A stretch of DNA of 63,593 nucleotides, the filler included, from Octopus bimaculoides (taxonomy: Eukaryota): NCBI RefSeq assembly GCF_001194135.2. It is 6 parts of 5 records of this genome, joined end to end, with 100 filler letters (N's around TTAATTAATTAA, not from the genome) between each part and the next. Parts side by side here need not be neighbours in the genome. Positions count along the whole stretch, not along the records: positions 1 to 12,703 come from NC_068987.1; 5 more parts are not named here. One strand, given 5' to 3'. Both the position numbers and the translations under genes were made by a program. Position 1 is the stretch's first letter. Every line of letters starts with the position of its first letter. The notes under the pieces were generated by a model that saw nothing but the letters and a program-made list of their open reading frames with translations, did not search any database and had not been told where the DNA came from. Shown here in pieces: positions 1-11,464 of the stretch.

Positions 1-219
1 AGAATGGAGCGTTGGAGGGGTAGGGTGGTGGGATGGTAGGTGAGGGGAAACGGCAGGGCGGGTTCGGGGGGAGAGAGCAGATGCACGGTCCACAGAACGT
101 GCTCTGGCAAGGGCGGTGTGGATGGTGGTGGGTGGATATCCACGCAGGCTAAAGTGGTGAGCCATGAGTTGAGACTGAGTCTCAAAGTCATGGCTGTCGC
201 AAACTGGTGGTGGTGGAGA

Positions 220-385
220 TGATGATGGTAAGGATGATGGTGATGATGATGAAGACGATGGTAATGATGATGATGATGGTAGTGGCAGTGGTGATGGTGA
301 TGTTGAAGATGAAGCTGATGAAGATGATTATGACGAGGATGATGTTGATGGTGGTGGCAGTGGTGGTGGTGATGATGATGATGTA
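220..385. repeat. (GAT/GGT)n compound trinucleotide microsatellite
   Basis: Direct reading; explains the spurious poly-I/T/S ORFs. Confidence 0.9.
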
Positions 386-899
386 AGTGAGAGAGAAATG
401 CATGCTATCAAAGTGACACTGGGATGCAAATACAAAAATCCCAATATATCTGTCACAATTACTCGTTTGATAAGGGTACACCAGGTACATGCATCACACC
501 CATGTATGTGCAATATGGTGATCTAATCATCGTTACTAAAACACCACTATTATTACTACAGCCACTACCACCACCATCGCCACTGGAAAATTTTGAAAAA
601 GAAAAAGAAGAGAAAAGCAATAAGATAAAAAAGAAAACACAGGTGACAAATAGAAAGGTAGCATCAAAGAAAGAGAAATAGAGAGAGAGAGAAAGAAAGA
701 CAGACAGAAAAAGAGAAAGAGAAAGACAGAGAAAGGGAGTGAGAGAGAGAGAAAGAGGGTGAGAGAGAGAGAGGCAAAGTGGAGGAGAAGGATACATTGA
801 GATGGCTAAAAACAGAGAGAGAGAGAAATGGAGACATAAGGGAAAGAGTCTGGGCTGCTAAAATCTACAAGTTTTTTTTCATTCCTTTCTTTTTTTTCA

Positions 900-1112
900 T
901 TTTCCGTCTTTTCATTCTCTCTCTGTTTATTTCTTCTAAATTTCTTTCTGTTGAACAGCATTGGCTCGAAACGTAAGACTTTTTCATTTTTCCCAAGCGC
1001 CAAACTAATACACCTGCTTGTTCTTCATACACCTGTCTTCATCTTTAGTTTTTCTATAAAACTATATACATATAAAGTAGTTGTATACTGCCAACTTAAC
1101 GTGACAGTCCCA
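900..1112 (+). mobile_element. Short dispersed repeat (possible Penelope-type pLTR relic) with degenerate hammerhead-like motif
   Basis: TTGAACAG-CATTGG-CTCGAAACGTA at 951-975; 1072-1110 matches 34715-34753 at 32/39 nt, ungapped. Confidence 0.4.
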
Positions 1113-1519
1113 ATAGTAAATAAAAAATTTTAAAAAAGAAATATANNNNNNNNNNNNNNNNNNNNNNNNNNNNNNNNNNNNNNNNNNNNNNNNNNNNNNN
1201 NNNNNNNNNNNNNNNNNNNNNNNNNNNNNNNNNNNNNNNNNNNNNNNNNNNNNNNNNNNNNNNNNNNNNNNNNNNNNNNNNNNNNNNNNNNNNNNNNNNN
1301 NNNNNNNNNNNNNNNNNNNNNNNNNNNNNNNNNNNNNNNNNNNNNNNNNNNNNNNNNNNNNNNNNNNNNNNNNNNNNNNNNNNNNNNNNNNNNNNNNNNN
1401 NNNNNNNNNNNNNNNNNNNNNNNNNNNNNNNNNNNNNNNNNNNNNNNNNNNNNNNNNNNNNNNNNNNNNNNNNNNNNNNNNNNNNNNNNNNNNNNNNNNN
1501 NNNNNNNNNNNNNNNNNNN

Positions 1520-1593
<74 letters not shown>

Positions 1594-2073
1594 AAGGAAA
1601 AGAGAAGTACATATTGAGATGGAGAGAAACATAGAGAAATGAAGACATAGGGAGAGAGTAAAAAAGCAGAGATGGAGGAAGAAAGGTAGATAGTTGGATA
1701 GAGAGAAAGAGAGACGGAGAGAGAGAAAGAAAGAAGCAGAGAGGGGGAAGAAACATAGAGAGAAATGCAGAGAGGAGGAGAAGGATAGATAGAGAGTAAG
1801 GGAGACAAGGAAGGGATACAAATGAGGTGTGAGGAGGAGGAGCAAAGAAACCAGGTGGAATAGAGAACGATGTTAAAAATGAAAGTAAAAGACAGATAAA
1901 CAGAGAGAGAGAGGGGGGAGAAGTGGTGGTAAGAGTAGGATTAAATCAAAGACAACACACCGAAAAAATGTTAAAATGAAAGAGGAGAGTAAGAGATAGT
2001 ACAGAAGAGAAACAGTAAGAGAGAGAAAGAGGGAGAGGAGAGAGGATGATAGATAGATATGCTTAGTGTTTAC

Positions 2074-2184
2074 CTTCCCAGCCAATAACTGCAAGAGGGA
2101 GAATGTTGCACCTTTGGATCCAATACTGCTCATAAACCACTAAAATGGCAGCTAACATTTGTGACATGGCAATAAATAGTTCTC
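2074..2184 (-). CDS. SLC35F6: Internal exon of SLC35F6-like nucleotide-sugar/DMT-family transporter
   Basis: tttacag|GA acceptor, GAAG|gtaaac donor, 111 nt, phase 1-1. Encodes (G)ELFIAMSQMLAAILVVYEQYWIQRCNILPLAVIGWE(G), collinear with SLC35F6 GDLLIIMAQIIVAIQMVLEEKFVYKHNVHPLRAVGTEG as recalled from memory. Confidence 0.85.
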
Positions 2185-2526
2185 CTGTAAATAGAAACAA
2201 CATGAAAGAAAAGTCAAGAATTTTTATTATAATTATTGATTTCTATAATGTTGGCAACATGGCTACAAATCTAGAAAGAGAGAGAGAGAGAGGATAGTCC
2301 ATTAAATTTACTCATATATTTGTTGGATATTTTATTTTATCAATTCTGGGAGGTAAAATTGACCTCAGCTGGATTTGATCTCAGAATGTAAAAGGCCATA
2401 ACTAAATCTCACAAGGCATTTTGTGTGTCACTCTATTGATTCTGCTCTATAAAATTAACACTATAAAATTTACAAAGAATGGTTTGTTGGGTCTGTCTGT
2501 GTAAGATTTCTAGAAAATGTCTTTCT

Positions 2527-2720
2527 ATCTTTCATTTGTTTCAGTCATTGGACAGCAGCTATGCTGGGGCTTTACCTTGAAGGGTTTTCACAAACAAATC
2601 AACCCCAGAACTTATTTTCAAAGTCTGGTATTCGTTGTATTGGTCCTTTTGCCAGTCAGTTAGTTTATGGGGATGTAAACAAACCAACACCAGTTATCAA
2701 GTAGGCAGAGGTAATAAACA
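2527..2720 (-). mobile_element. SINE family B, partial diverged copy (3' half)
   Basis: Similar to 3420-3822 (ttgtttcagtcatt..., aaccccagaacttatt..., gatgtaaacaaacc). Confidence 0.7.
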
Positions 2721-2829
2721 CACATATATATAAGAAAATAGATTACAAAGGAATAACTAATTATCTTGTGAACTCCATTAGCTTACAGCTGTTTCCACTA
2801 TAAGAAAAATAGCATTTAGGCATAGGATC

Positions 2830-3150
2830 ACTGGATTTATCTTGTGTTCAGTAACTGGACTGTGGCTATACTGGAGCCCACTCTAATGGATTTCATTGGA
2901 AAAAATCAACCCCAGTACTTATTTTAAAAAGTCTGATACTTATTCTATCAGTTTCTTTCACTGGACTGCTATGTTACAGGATGTAAACAAACCAAAACTT
3001 ACGTTATTTTCATCTATCAAATTCATGCACAAGGCATTGGTTGACCTGAGTTACAGTAAAAACATTTGCCTAAAGTGCCACACAATGGAACTGAACCTAA
3101 AAGCCACATGGTTGTAAAATAAGCTTCTTAACCACACAGCCATACCTGCA
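2830..3150 (-). mobile_element. SINE family B, diverged copy
   Basis: Similar to 3420-3822, including the head ggaactgaacc...cttaaccacacagccatacctgca. Confidence 0.7.
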
Positions 3151-3419
3151 CCTTATGCAATCAGAGGAAGAATTATAAATCATCAAACAATGTCATATAC
3201 AAAGAGAAACATCAATAAGTCTTTGAATGACATACTGTTATATTGGGTCTTGACAGAACTGGTTTCAAATCTTGGCACAAAGTCAGCAATTTTGGTAGAA
3301 AGGGCTAGTCAATTACACAGACACCAGTGTCTAACTGGTCCTTATTTTATTGGCCCCTGAAAGGATGAAAGGCAAAGCCAATCTTGGTAAAGCACCACTA
3401 AGCATTTTCCTTGGAATAC

Positions 3420-3822
3420 TCTTTTATTCTTTTACTTGTTTCAGTCATTTGACTGCAGCCATGCTGGAGCACCGCCTTTAGTTGAGCAAATCGACCCCAG
3501 GACTTATTCTTTGTAAGCCTAGTACTTATTCTATCAGTCTCTTTTGCCGAATCGCTAAGTTACGGGGACGTAAACACACCAGCATCGGTTGTCAAGCGAT
3601 GTTGGGGGGACAAACACAGACACACATATATATATATATACATACATATACATATATACGATGGGCTTCTTTCAGTTTCCGTCTACCAAATCCATTCACA
3701 AGGCTTTGGTCAGCCCGAGGCTATAGTAGAAGACACTTGCCGAAGGTGCCACGCAGTGGGACTGAACCCAGAGCTATGTGGTTGGTAGGCAAGCTACTTA
3801 CCACACAGCCACTGCAATGCCT
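3420..3822 (-). mobile_element. tRNA-derived SINE family B, near-intact
   Basis: Minus strand begins agtggctgtgtggtaag (A-box-like) ... gggttcagtcccac (B-box-like); many paralogous copies in the window; central (CA/TA)n tract. Confidence 0.85.
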
Positions 3823-4067
3823 ATAGAATGTTAGTGACTCTGCCAGCTCATCACTGTCTTGATAATATTATAATATCTTGAGCAAAGCTTGCACTTAGAC
3901 ACCTATACACACAACATGCATGTATACCACAGCATGCATAGATTAGCATTTGGTCCCTAGAGCTATGGGTCCCCCCAGGTAAATGCCAAGTGTGCTCATA
4001 CCTTAAGACATTTCTGAGTTACTTAAATGCTAACAAATAAATGCTGTCACACGAAACACAGATTTCA

Positions 4068-4222
4068 TCATCATCGTTTAACGTCCGCTTTCCATGCTAG
4101 CATGGGTTGGACGATTTGACTGAGGACTGGTGAAACCGGATGGCAACACCAGGCTCCAATCTAATTTGGCAGAGTTTCTACAGCTGGATGCCCTTCCTAA
4201 CGCCAACCACTCAGAGAGTGTA
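4068..4222 (-). mobile_element. RTE-type 3' tail / RTE-derived SINE with (GAT)n end
   Basis: Same sequence as the 3' end of the RTE LINE at 20335-21720 and the copy at 35895-36065 (gcatggaaagcggacgttaaacgatgatg). Confidence 0.85.
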
Positions 4223-4348
4223 GTCAACTCCTGGTCAAATAAAACCAATGTCCAGTTTTGAATTTTTGTTAAGAGCTGTTTCATTTAACTTATACAATCA
4301 ATAACTCTGAGAATGGCAGGAATATTACAAAATCAATTTTTCTCTTCT

Positions 4349-4618
4349 TCAAAAGATGCTGCTTTCTCTCTCTTTCTCTCTCCCTCTCTCTCTCTCTGCT
4401 CTGAAGAAGCCAAGAAAAGAGCTTTTCATCATTGAACTGTGAGTATAACAAGAAAGAAGAAAGAGAGAATAGGAAGAAGAAATTAACATTGTGGTCTGCA
4501 TGTATTTCCCATGTGATGTTGTGGTGTTTATGCCTAACCAGTTGTAAATTGTGATTGCTATATGATTTCTCAATGACACAATCAACATAAGTAAATAGAC
4601 ACAAATAGAAATTGAAAC
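4349..4618 (-). pseudogene. Decayed exon-like fragment homologous to the C-terminal (TM8-TM10) part of SLC35F6
   Basis: ccag|GTT acceptor. LLMLIVSLRNHIAITIYNWLGIN ~ PLIAVALLGNISSIAFFNFAGIS; shifted frame ITWEIHA ~ VTKELSA; back in frame TTML ~ TTRMV; ends FLGFF ~ ILGFL, then runs into a (GA)n microsatellite. Confidence 0.5.
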
Positions 4619-5364
4619 CTGGCTGTCAACTTAACACATTGTTGTTAAGAATTCTTTTTGGACTATAGCAGACTTAGCATCTAGAACAGAATATATTGTT
4701 ATTATGGTAGTCCTGAGTTCACATCCCAATGATGACCATCTTTGAATTCTATTCCCCAGGTGGGGTGAGGGGTCAATAATGTTATATAGTGTAATTTGAA
4801 TTATATCCAAATTGGTAAAAAAATTGGCCTTACACCAATTATTAAAGAGCATGAAAAATTAAATGCCTTTGCATTTTACATCCTGAATTCAAATTCCACT
4901 GGGGAATATCAGCTTTCTGGGTCAATAAAATAAAATACCAGTCAAGTACTTAGACATGTTGGCATTAACTAAATTTCTCTGCAAAATACCATGATATCCT
5001 TGGAAACAGAATGACACATTTGATAATGTTGGAATGTGTTTGAGCATAAGTCTGCTCTGTCAAGGCTAACTTTGGGATAAACATTAATAACAATAGCAAT
5101 AAAAAAAAAAGCAAGAACAACAGCAGAAAATTCATTCATGATTGCAGTAGTACAATAAAAAGAAAATAAAGAATTTTGGCAAAAACATAAAATGCCAAAA
5201 TTTCAAAAAGAAACAGCAAAGCAAATTGAATCGACCACAATATAATAAATGCAGTTATTTTATTGAGTAAACTGCAGAAGAATAAAAGAGAAGGTTTACT
5301 ACGATTGCGTCTGCACTCGGAACTTAAAGCTATAAAGCTAAAAACACAGTGAGGAATTAGAGAC

Positions 5365-6030
5365 CAATTCCTTTACACATGGCTTTGTTGTTAAGAAACT
5401 CATTTTGCAACCAAATGGATTCAGGTTCAGTACTACTACAAGGTACCTTGGGCAGGTGTCTTCTACTATAGCACCAGACTGACCAATGCCTTGTGAGTGA
5501 ATTTGGTAGGCAGAAACTGTATGTTTGGTAGGCAGAAACGTTACCCCACTGGGTGAAATGATTAGCAGTATTTCGTCTGCCGTTACGTTCTGAGTTCAAA
5601 TTCCACTGAGGTCGACTTTGCCTTTCATACTTTTGGGGTCGATAAATTAAGTACCAGTTACGCACTGGGGTCGATATAATCGATTTAATCCCTTTGTCTG
5701 TCCTTGTTTGTCCCCTCTATGTTTAGCCCCTTGTGGGCAATAAAGAAATAAGAAACTGTATGGAAGCCTATCTTGTGTGTGTGCATGTGTGTGTATGTGC
5801 ATGTGTGTGTGTGTGTGTGTGTGTGTTTGTCTCTTGATCACTGCCCCTTGACAACCAGCGTTGATTTGTTTATGTCACTGTGGCTTAACAATTTGGCAAA
5901 AGAAACCAATTGGATAAGTATCTGACATAAAAATAAAAATAAATACTGGGGTCAATTAGTTCAACTAAAACCCTTCAAGGATGTGCCCCAGCATGACCAC
6001 AGTCCAGCGACTGAAGCAAGTAAAAAATAA
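5365..6030 (+). mobile_element. SINE family B copy interrupted by a SINE-A insertion
   Basis: Head 5365-5523 and tail 5763-6030 are collinear with the reverse complement of 3420-3822. Confidence 0.75.
5524..5750 (+). mobile_element. SINE family A nested in SINE-B, 12-bp TSD
   Basis: TSD agaaactgtatg at 5512-5523 and 5751-5762; B-box-like gagttcaaattcc; ends aataaagaaata. Confidence 0.85.
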
Positions 6031-6057
6031 ACAATAACCAAAGATGTGTCAACCTAC

Positions 6058-6234
6058 CTGCAATGACAGAGTATTTTTGTATTTTGTCTCCATCCTCAAT
6101 TCTGTTGTAAAGATTTGGTAATCCAACTATTACAAGACCGATGACAATGAAGAATATTCCCAACCACTTCTGCTTTGACAGGGAAAGGCCAAAGAATGCA
6201 ACAGACAGCAGTGAGACAAAGATCAGCATCACAC
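6058..6234 (-). CDS. SLC35F6: Internal exon of SLC35F6-like transporter (upstream of the 2074-2184 exon)
   Basis: cttgtcctag|GT acceptor, GCAG|gtaggt donor, 177 nt, phase 1-1. Encodes (G)VMLIFVSLLSVAFFGLSLSKQKWLGIFFIVIGLVIVGLPNLYNRIEDGDKIQKYSVIA(G) ~ SLC35F6 GAVIIFTGLFSVAFLG...WLGILATIAGLVVVGL...EVITG; splices in frame to the next exon. Confidence 0.85.
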
Positions 6235-6396
6235 CTAGGACAAGTAAAGAGAATTAAATGATGTAATATTCATATATACATTCATGTATTTGTTTTGCTA
6301 GATTCTTATGAAATTACGTGTTAAAACAGACAATGTTATATTTAGGGATGGTCGTCTTTTATCAACATACAAATGCACCATTTATTTGATCGTCAC

Positions 6397-6444
<48 letters not shown>

Positions 6445-6470
6445 GTTATTATCATTATTAGTTTATTTGT

Positions 6471-6716
6471 AAGGCAGCGAGCTGACAGAAATTGTTAGCA
6501 TGCTGGTCAAAATGCTTAGCGATATTTCACTCATCACTACGTTCTGAGTTCAAATTCTGCCAAGGTTGACTTTGCCTTTCATCCTTTCGGAGTCAATGAA
6601 ATAAGTAACAGTTGAGCACGGGGGGGGGGGTCGATGTAATCGACTAGACTCCCTCTCCCTCAAATTCCAGGCCTCATGCCTANNNNNNNNNNCCTCATGC
6701 CTATAGTAGAGAGGAT
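6471..6716 (+). mobile_element. SINE family A copy (contains 10-N overlap gap)
   Basis: aaggcagcgagctgacagaa...ttctgagttcaaattctgccaaggttgactttgcctttcatcc; follows a (TTA)n tract. Confidence 0.8.
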
Positions 6717-6742
6717 TATTACTATTATTATTATTGTTGTTG

Positions 6743-6795
<53 letters not shown>

Positions 6796-6929
6796 TTCTC
6801 TTTATCACAGGTTTTGTTGGAGCTCCTGGAATCTTGCATGCATAGCGGGATTACTACCTCCAGCCTACGGTACCATGCTATTCGTTCTTTTCCGTTATCT
6901 GATACTATCAAGGATTGGTATCTAATCCT

Positions 6930-7050
6930 TACTGTTTATGGTTAGTTTACCAGGCCATAATAGAGAAATTTAAGACTAGCTACTTGTAGGAACTCCAATT
7001 TGGTGATGATTTAATCCTCATAGCTGAGAAGGAGAGTCTTTAGAGACAGC
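6930..7050 (+). mobile_element. RTE LINE reverse-transcriptase fragment (decayed YADD region)
   Basis: Translates EKFKTSYL*ELQFGDDLILIAE, like RTE xEFKTGCPWELLYADDLxLIAE. Confidence 0.55.
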
Positions 7051-7734
7051 TGTATGAAACCTAATTCGTTTCTACCTTGATTATAAATTTACCTTTAGTA
7101 CTTATAATAATTGGTTCAGTTGGTTGTGTTAATAAATGTCTATGAGTCACTTCTCCAAAACCAGAGGTCTTTAGGCAAAGAAGGTGATCAGCTAACACAA
7201 ACTTAGCAAATACAATCTGCTGGTGGAATTGTAAAATTATACATGACTTCACTCAAGTTCAACATGTAACTCTTCAACGGTATTGTGATCCGAATTCCAG
7301 GAATGGAACATTGTTCCTTTGTTAGGAACCAACTCCTTTATAAGAAGAATTCAAATAATTAAAAAAAAAAATTACTTATAATGCATGTATATGTGTGTGT
7401 GTAATAATAATAAAAAGAGTATTAAAAACCCCAAAGAATAAAAATTTACATCAAATAAAAAAGGGAAAAGCCAAAAGAATTTTGTTTAAAAAAAAAAATG
7501 TATCTTCATTGTCACAGATTCTATAAGAATGAATTATAAAGAGAAATTTTCATGAAGAAACATTAAATTCGGCAGTTTGTTTCAATCATGCAGTACTTAC
7601 ATGACATAAAAAATTGGCCAAAAAACTTGGTTGTATATGGAAACAAGCTTTTATAAGATTGAATCATTCACATTAAAATGTTAAAATGTACCACAAATCT
7701 GCCAGTTATCTTCCAGCAATATATGTGCATATTG

Positions 7735-8175
7735 TAAGTTTGTATGCATTTATGTATGTATTTTTGTATGTATGTATGTATGTATGTATGTATGTATGTG
7801 TGTGTATGTATGTTTGTATGTGTATGTGTGCATGTACGTTTGTATGTATGCATACATGTGTGTATGTACGTAAGTTTGTATATATGTATGCATGTATGTG
7901 TGTAAGTATGTAAGTGTATATACATGTATGTGTGTATATGTGTATGTATGTTTGCCTGTATGTATGTATGTGTGTGTGTATGCATGTATTATGTATGCAT
8001 GCATGTATGTATGTGTGTATCTATGTATGCATGCGTGTATGTATGAGTATGTATGTATGTAAGTTTGTATGTATGCGTGTGTATGCATATTTTAATTTTG
8101 TATGCATTGATGTATGTATGTTTGTATGTATGCATATGTATACATATTATAAGATTGTATGCATGTATGTATATG
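7735..8175. repeat. Compound (TATG)n/(TG)n microsatellite
   Basis: Direct reading; source of several spurious HTYI/CVYV ORFs. Confidence 0.9.
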
Positions 8176-8495
8176 TGCCACTGGCATGAAGGCCAGTCAG
8201 GCGGTACTGGCAACGACCACACTCAAATGGTGCTTTTTACATGCCACCGGTATGGGAGCCAATGAGACGGCACTGGCAACGACCACACCTGAATGGTGTT
8301 TTTTATGTGGGAGCCAGTCAGGCATCATTAGCAATGACCACACTCAAATGGTGCTTTTTACATGCCACAAGCATGGGAGCCAGTTAAGTGGTACTGGCAT
8401 CGGCCATGAGAATGATTTCACTTGACTCAACAGGTCTTCTCAAGAACAGTTTATTGCCCAATGATTGAAGGGTACTCTTAAATAGGCCGGTTATG
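8176..8495 (-). mobile_element. RTE 3'UTR fragment
   Basis: Repeated gcactggcaacgaccacactcaaatggtgcttttacatgcca modules shared with 20520-20870 and 44040-44320. Confidence 0.75.
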
Positions 8496-8583
8496 CTATA
8501 CATGTATATAAGCCTATACATGCATACATACATAAACGCATATACTATAAGGCACAGTATGACATATACATATCCAGGAATAT

Positions 8584-8720
8584 GTGAATGTTTGGTAAGA
8601 AATTTGCTTCACAACTGGATGGTTTCAAGTTCAGTCCCACTGCATGACCCTTTGGGTAAGTGTCATCTGCTGTAACCCAAGCCTTGGGAGTGGATTTGGT
8701 AAATGGAATCTGATAGAAGT

Positions 8721-8776
<56 letters not shown>

Positions 8777-9005
8777 TATGTGTGTATGTGCATGTGTGGG
8801 TGAGTGAGTATGTGGTGTGTGTGTGTGTGTGTCGGTGTGTCTGTGTCTGTATGTGTTACTGTCACATTGCCTTGACACTGTGTGATAGCTGTGTAAACAA
8901 ATGCAAGCAATATCATACAAGAGGTGTCCTTTATTTACAGTCTTCTGTGAAAACAAAACCATATCTGGTCATGAGGAAATATTACCATACTTGGAGACAA
9001 GAGAT
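8584..9005 (+). mobile_element. SINE family B-type head with (GT)n tract and variant tail
   Basis: ttggtaagaaatttgcttc...agttcagtcccactgc...gggtaagtgtc...agccttgggagtggatttggta. Confidence 0.65.
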
Positions 9006-9014
9006 GGTTGATAA

Positions 9015-9235
9015 AATGACGGTGGTGAGCTGGCAGAAACGTTAGCACACAGGTCGAGACGCATAGCTGTATTTTATCAGTCATTCTAAGTTCAAACTCT
9101 GCCGAGGTCAACTTTGCCTTTCATCCCTTTGGGAGTCGATGAAATAAGTACCAGTTGAGTACTGGGGTTAATGTAATTGACTTAGCAGCCCTTCCCTCAA
9201 AATTGATGGCGTTGTTCCAAAGTGCGAAACCAATA
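9015..9235 (+). mobile_element. SINE family A copy
   Basis: ggtggtgagctggcagaaacgttagcac...gccgaggtcaactttgcctttcatcc. Confidence 0.8.
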
Positions 9236-10364
9236 TGAAGGGCATCAACCTACAAAAGTCTGCCTCAACAAATTGGAAAAACTTTTTACTAAAATGTATA
9301 AACACACACACACACACACAAAAATCAACTTAGGCAATAAACATCCATATTCACACAAACACACACACACACACATAAATTTAAACAATAGAAATCCATA
9401 TTTATAATATTATTTCCTATCTTTTATCTTTATTTTTATCTTACTTTTATTCTTATTTAAATTCTTACTTTATTCTATTTTTATCTTTATTTATTTATAT
9501 TTATTATTGTTTTTATTATTTTTTATATACTCTTATTTTTATCTTACCCAAATATATTTAATAATGCCCATGCATTATGCCCTACTACCTTTACACAGCA
9601 GATACCGACTGCTCATGCACATCTCCTTGTTCAACAGTCCCCATGTCATTTTCCCTTCCACATCAGCTATCTCTGACGAGCGTATATTTTAAAATTGGTT
9701 TGTTGCCTAACACTCCATTATATAATTTTATGCGAAACTGATTGGCAAGACCATTCATTATAAAGTTCAGGCCAATATGTATATGTATATATATATATAT
9801 ATNNNNNNNNNNNNNNNNNNNNNNNNNNNNNNNNNNNNNNNNNNNNNNNNNNNNNNNNNNNNNNNNNNNNNNNNNNNNNNNNNNNNNNNNNNNNNNNNNN
9901 NNNNNNNNNNNNNNNNNNNNNNNNNNNNNNNNNNNNNNNNNNNNNNNNNNNNNNNNNNNNNNNNNNNNNNNNNNNNNNNNNNNNNNNNNNNNNNNNNNNN
10001 NNNNNNNNNNNNNNNNNNNNNNNTATATATATATATATATATTTAATATCATCATAATCTCCATTATTGTCTGACATCTCCTTTTCCATACTGTTATGGG
10101 TTAAATGATTGAACAAGAAGCAATGAGCCAGATGATTGCACCAAGCCCCAATGGCATGGATCTTACAGCTTGATACCCTTCCTAATGCCAACTATTCTAC
10201 AGCATGTACTAGGTGTGTTTTTGTTTTTTGTGGCCTCTTTCAGTTTCTCACTACCAAATTCACTCACAAGCCTTTGGCTTGCTGAGGGCTATAGTAGAAG
10301 ACACTTGCGAAAGATGTTGTACAGTCAGACTGAATAAACTAGTTTAAAAAGACATCGTCGTCGT

Positions 10365-10520
10365 CATCATTTAACATCCATTTTCTATGCTGGCAGGGGA
10401 AGGACTCTTTGACCAGAGCTGGCAAGCATGAAAGCTGCACTAGGTTCCGGTCTAATTTGGCTTGATTTCTACGGCTGGATGCTCTTCCAAGCGCTAACCA
10501 CTTTACAGAGGGCATTTTAT
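10365..10520 (-). mobile_element. RTE-type 3' tail copy
   Basis: Similar to 4068-4222 (catcatttaacatccattttctatgc...ctacggctggatgctcttcc). Confidence 0.7.
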
Positions 10521-11018
10521 TCGTTGCATGGGTGCAGTTATGCAGCAGAGGTATGGGAGCATTTTTATGTGGTGTCAGCATGTTGTTCTCATGATAGCCC
10601 AGTCGGTAGAGCAAACTGTAGTAATGTAATATACAATTTTGAATACATACATACATACATACATACACAGATGCACAAAGCAGATGTGACAGCCAGATAG
10701 ATAAATGGAAGAAACAGAAAAAAAAAAAATAGACATGTAGTTTTTGCATGGGTGCATCTATTTGTATATGTAAGTATGGGTTTCTGTGTGATTTACTAAA
10801 AACATGGCTGTGCTAATTCTTTTTTTATTTTACTTCTTTTTTTTATTAAGGATCTTTTGTATTTCATTATTATCCATATTAGTCACTGCTTGTTTACAAC
10901 AATGGACCAATTGCAAGTGATTACATTACACCACATTACACCGCACAAAACAAAAGTCTGGAAAACATTAGTGAATAATACCAACGCCATCAGATGCAGA
11001 ATTTCCCCACACACACAA

Positions 11019-11068
<50 letters not shown>

Positions 11069-11464
11069 TAATAATGATTGTGGATTGATCATGAAAGCTA
11101 TATTAATAAGAAAGTACAATGCAAAAATTAACACACAGATAGAGCTCTCTTGCAACAAAGACCATTTCCTGATTGCTAAAAGAGGCCTGGAATTAACAGT
11201 GGAAAATTAAAATGTGACAATGCTATCAACATCATTAATACACTGCAATGCCGTAATTACTGCTTTGTATAAAATGATAATACTGTGTGATATCAATAAC
11301 CACTTAATTAAGAATGAACTAATGAGGAAGGGAAGCTTCTGTGTGGCCATGGAGCATGCTAGAAATTGAAACCTATCCTTCCTTCGTATCACACTTTTAT
11401 TGGTTTGAATAAAATATGAAAAAAAAAAAAAAGGATATGATGAATTTTGCAACTTTATTTCTTT

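Noticed and set aside
4384-4420. CTGAAGA...GAAA hammerhead-like motif
   Set aside because: No stem I or stem II pairing.
4631-4852. 73-aa ORF containing DAKSAIVQ (similar to SLC35F6 DALDAFCQ)
   Set aside because: Mostly overlaps a decayed SINE and is separated from the pseudo-exon by an in-frame stop; may be chance.
6671-6703. Direct repeat cctcatgccta around 10 N
   Set aside because: Contig-overlap artefact.
10883-11452. Hydrophobic minus-strand ORFs as upstream SLC35F6 exons
   Set aside because: Only weak similarity and no convincing splice-site/phase combination; the 14-nt match to 4606-4619 is plausible by chance in AT-rich DNA.
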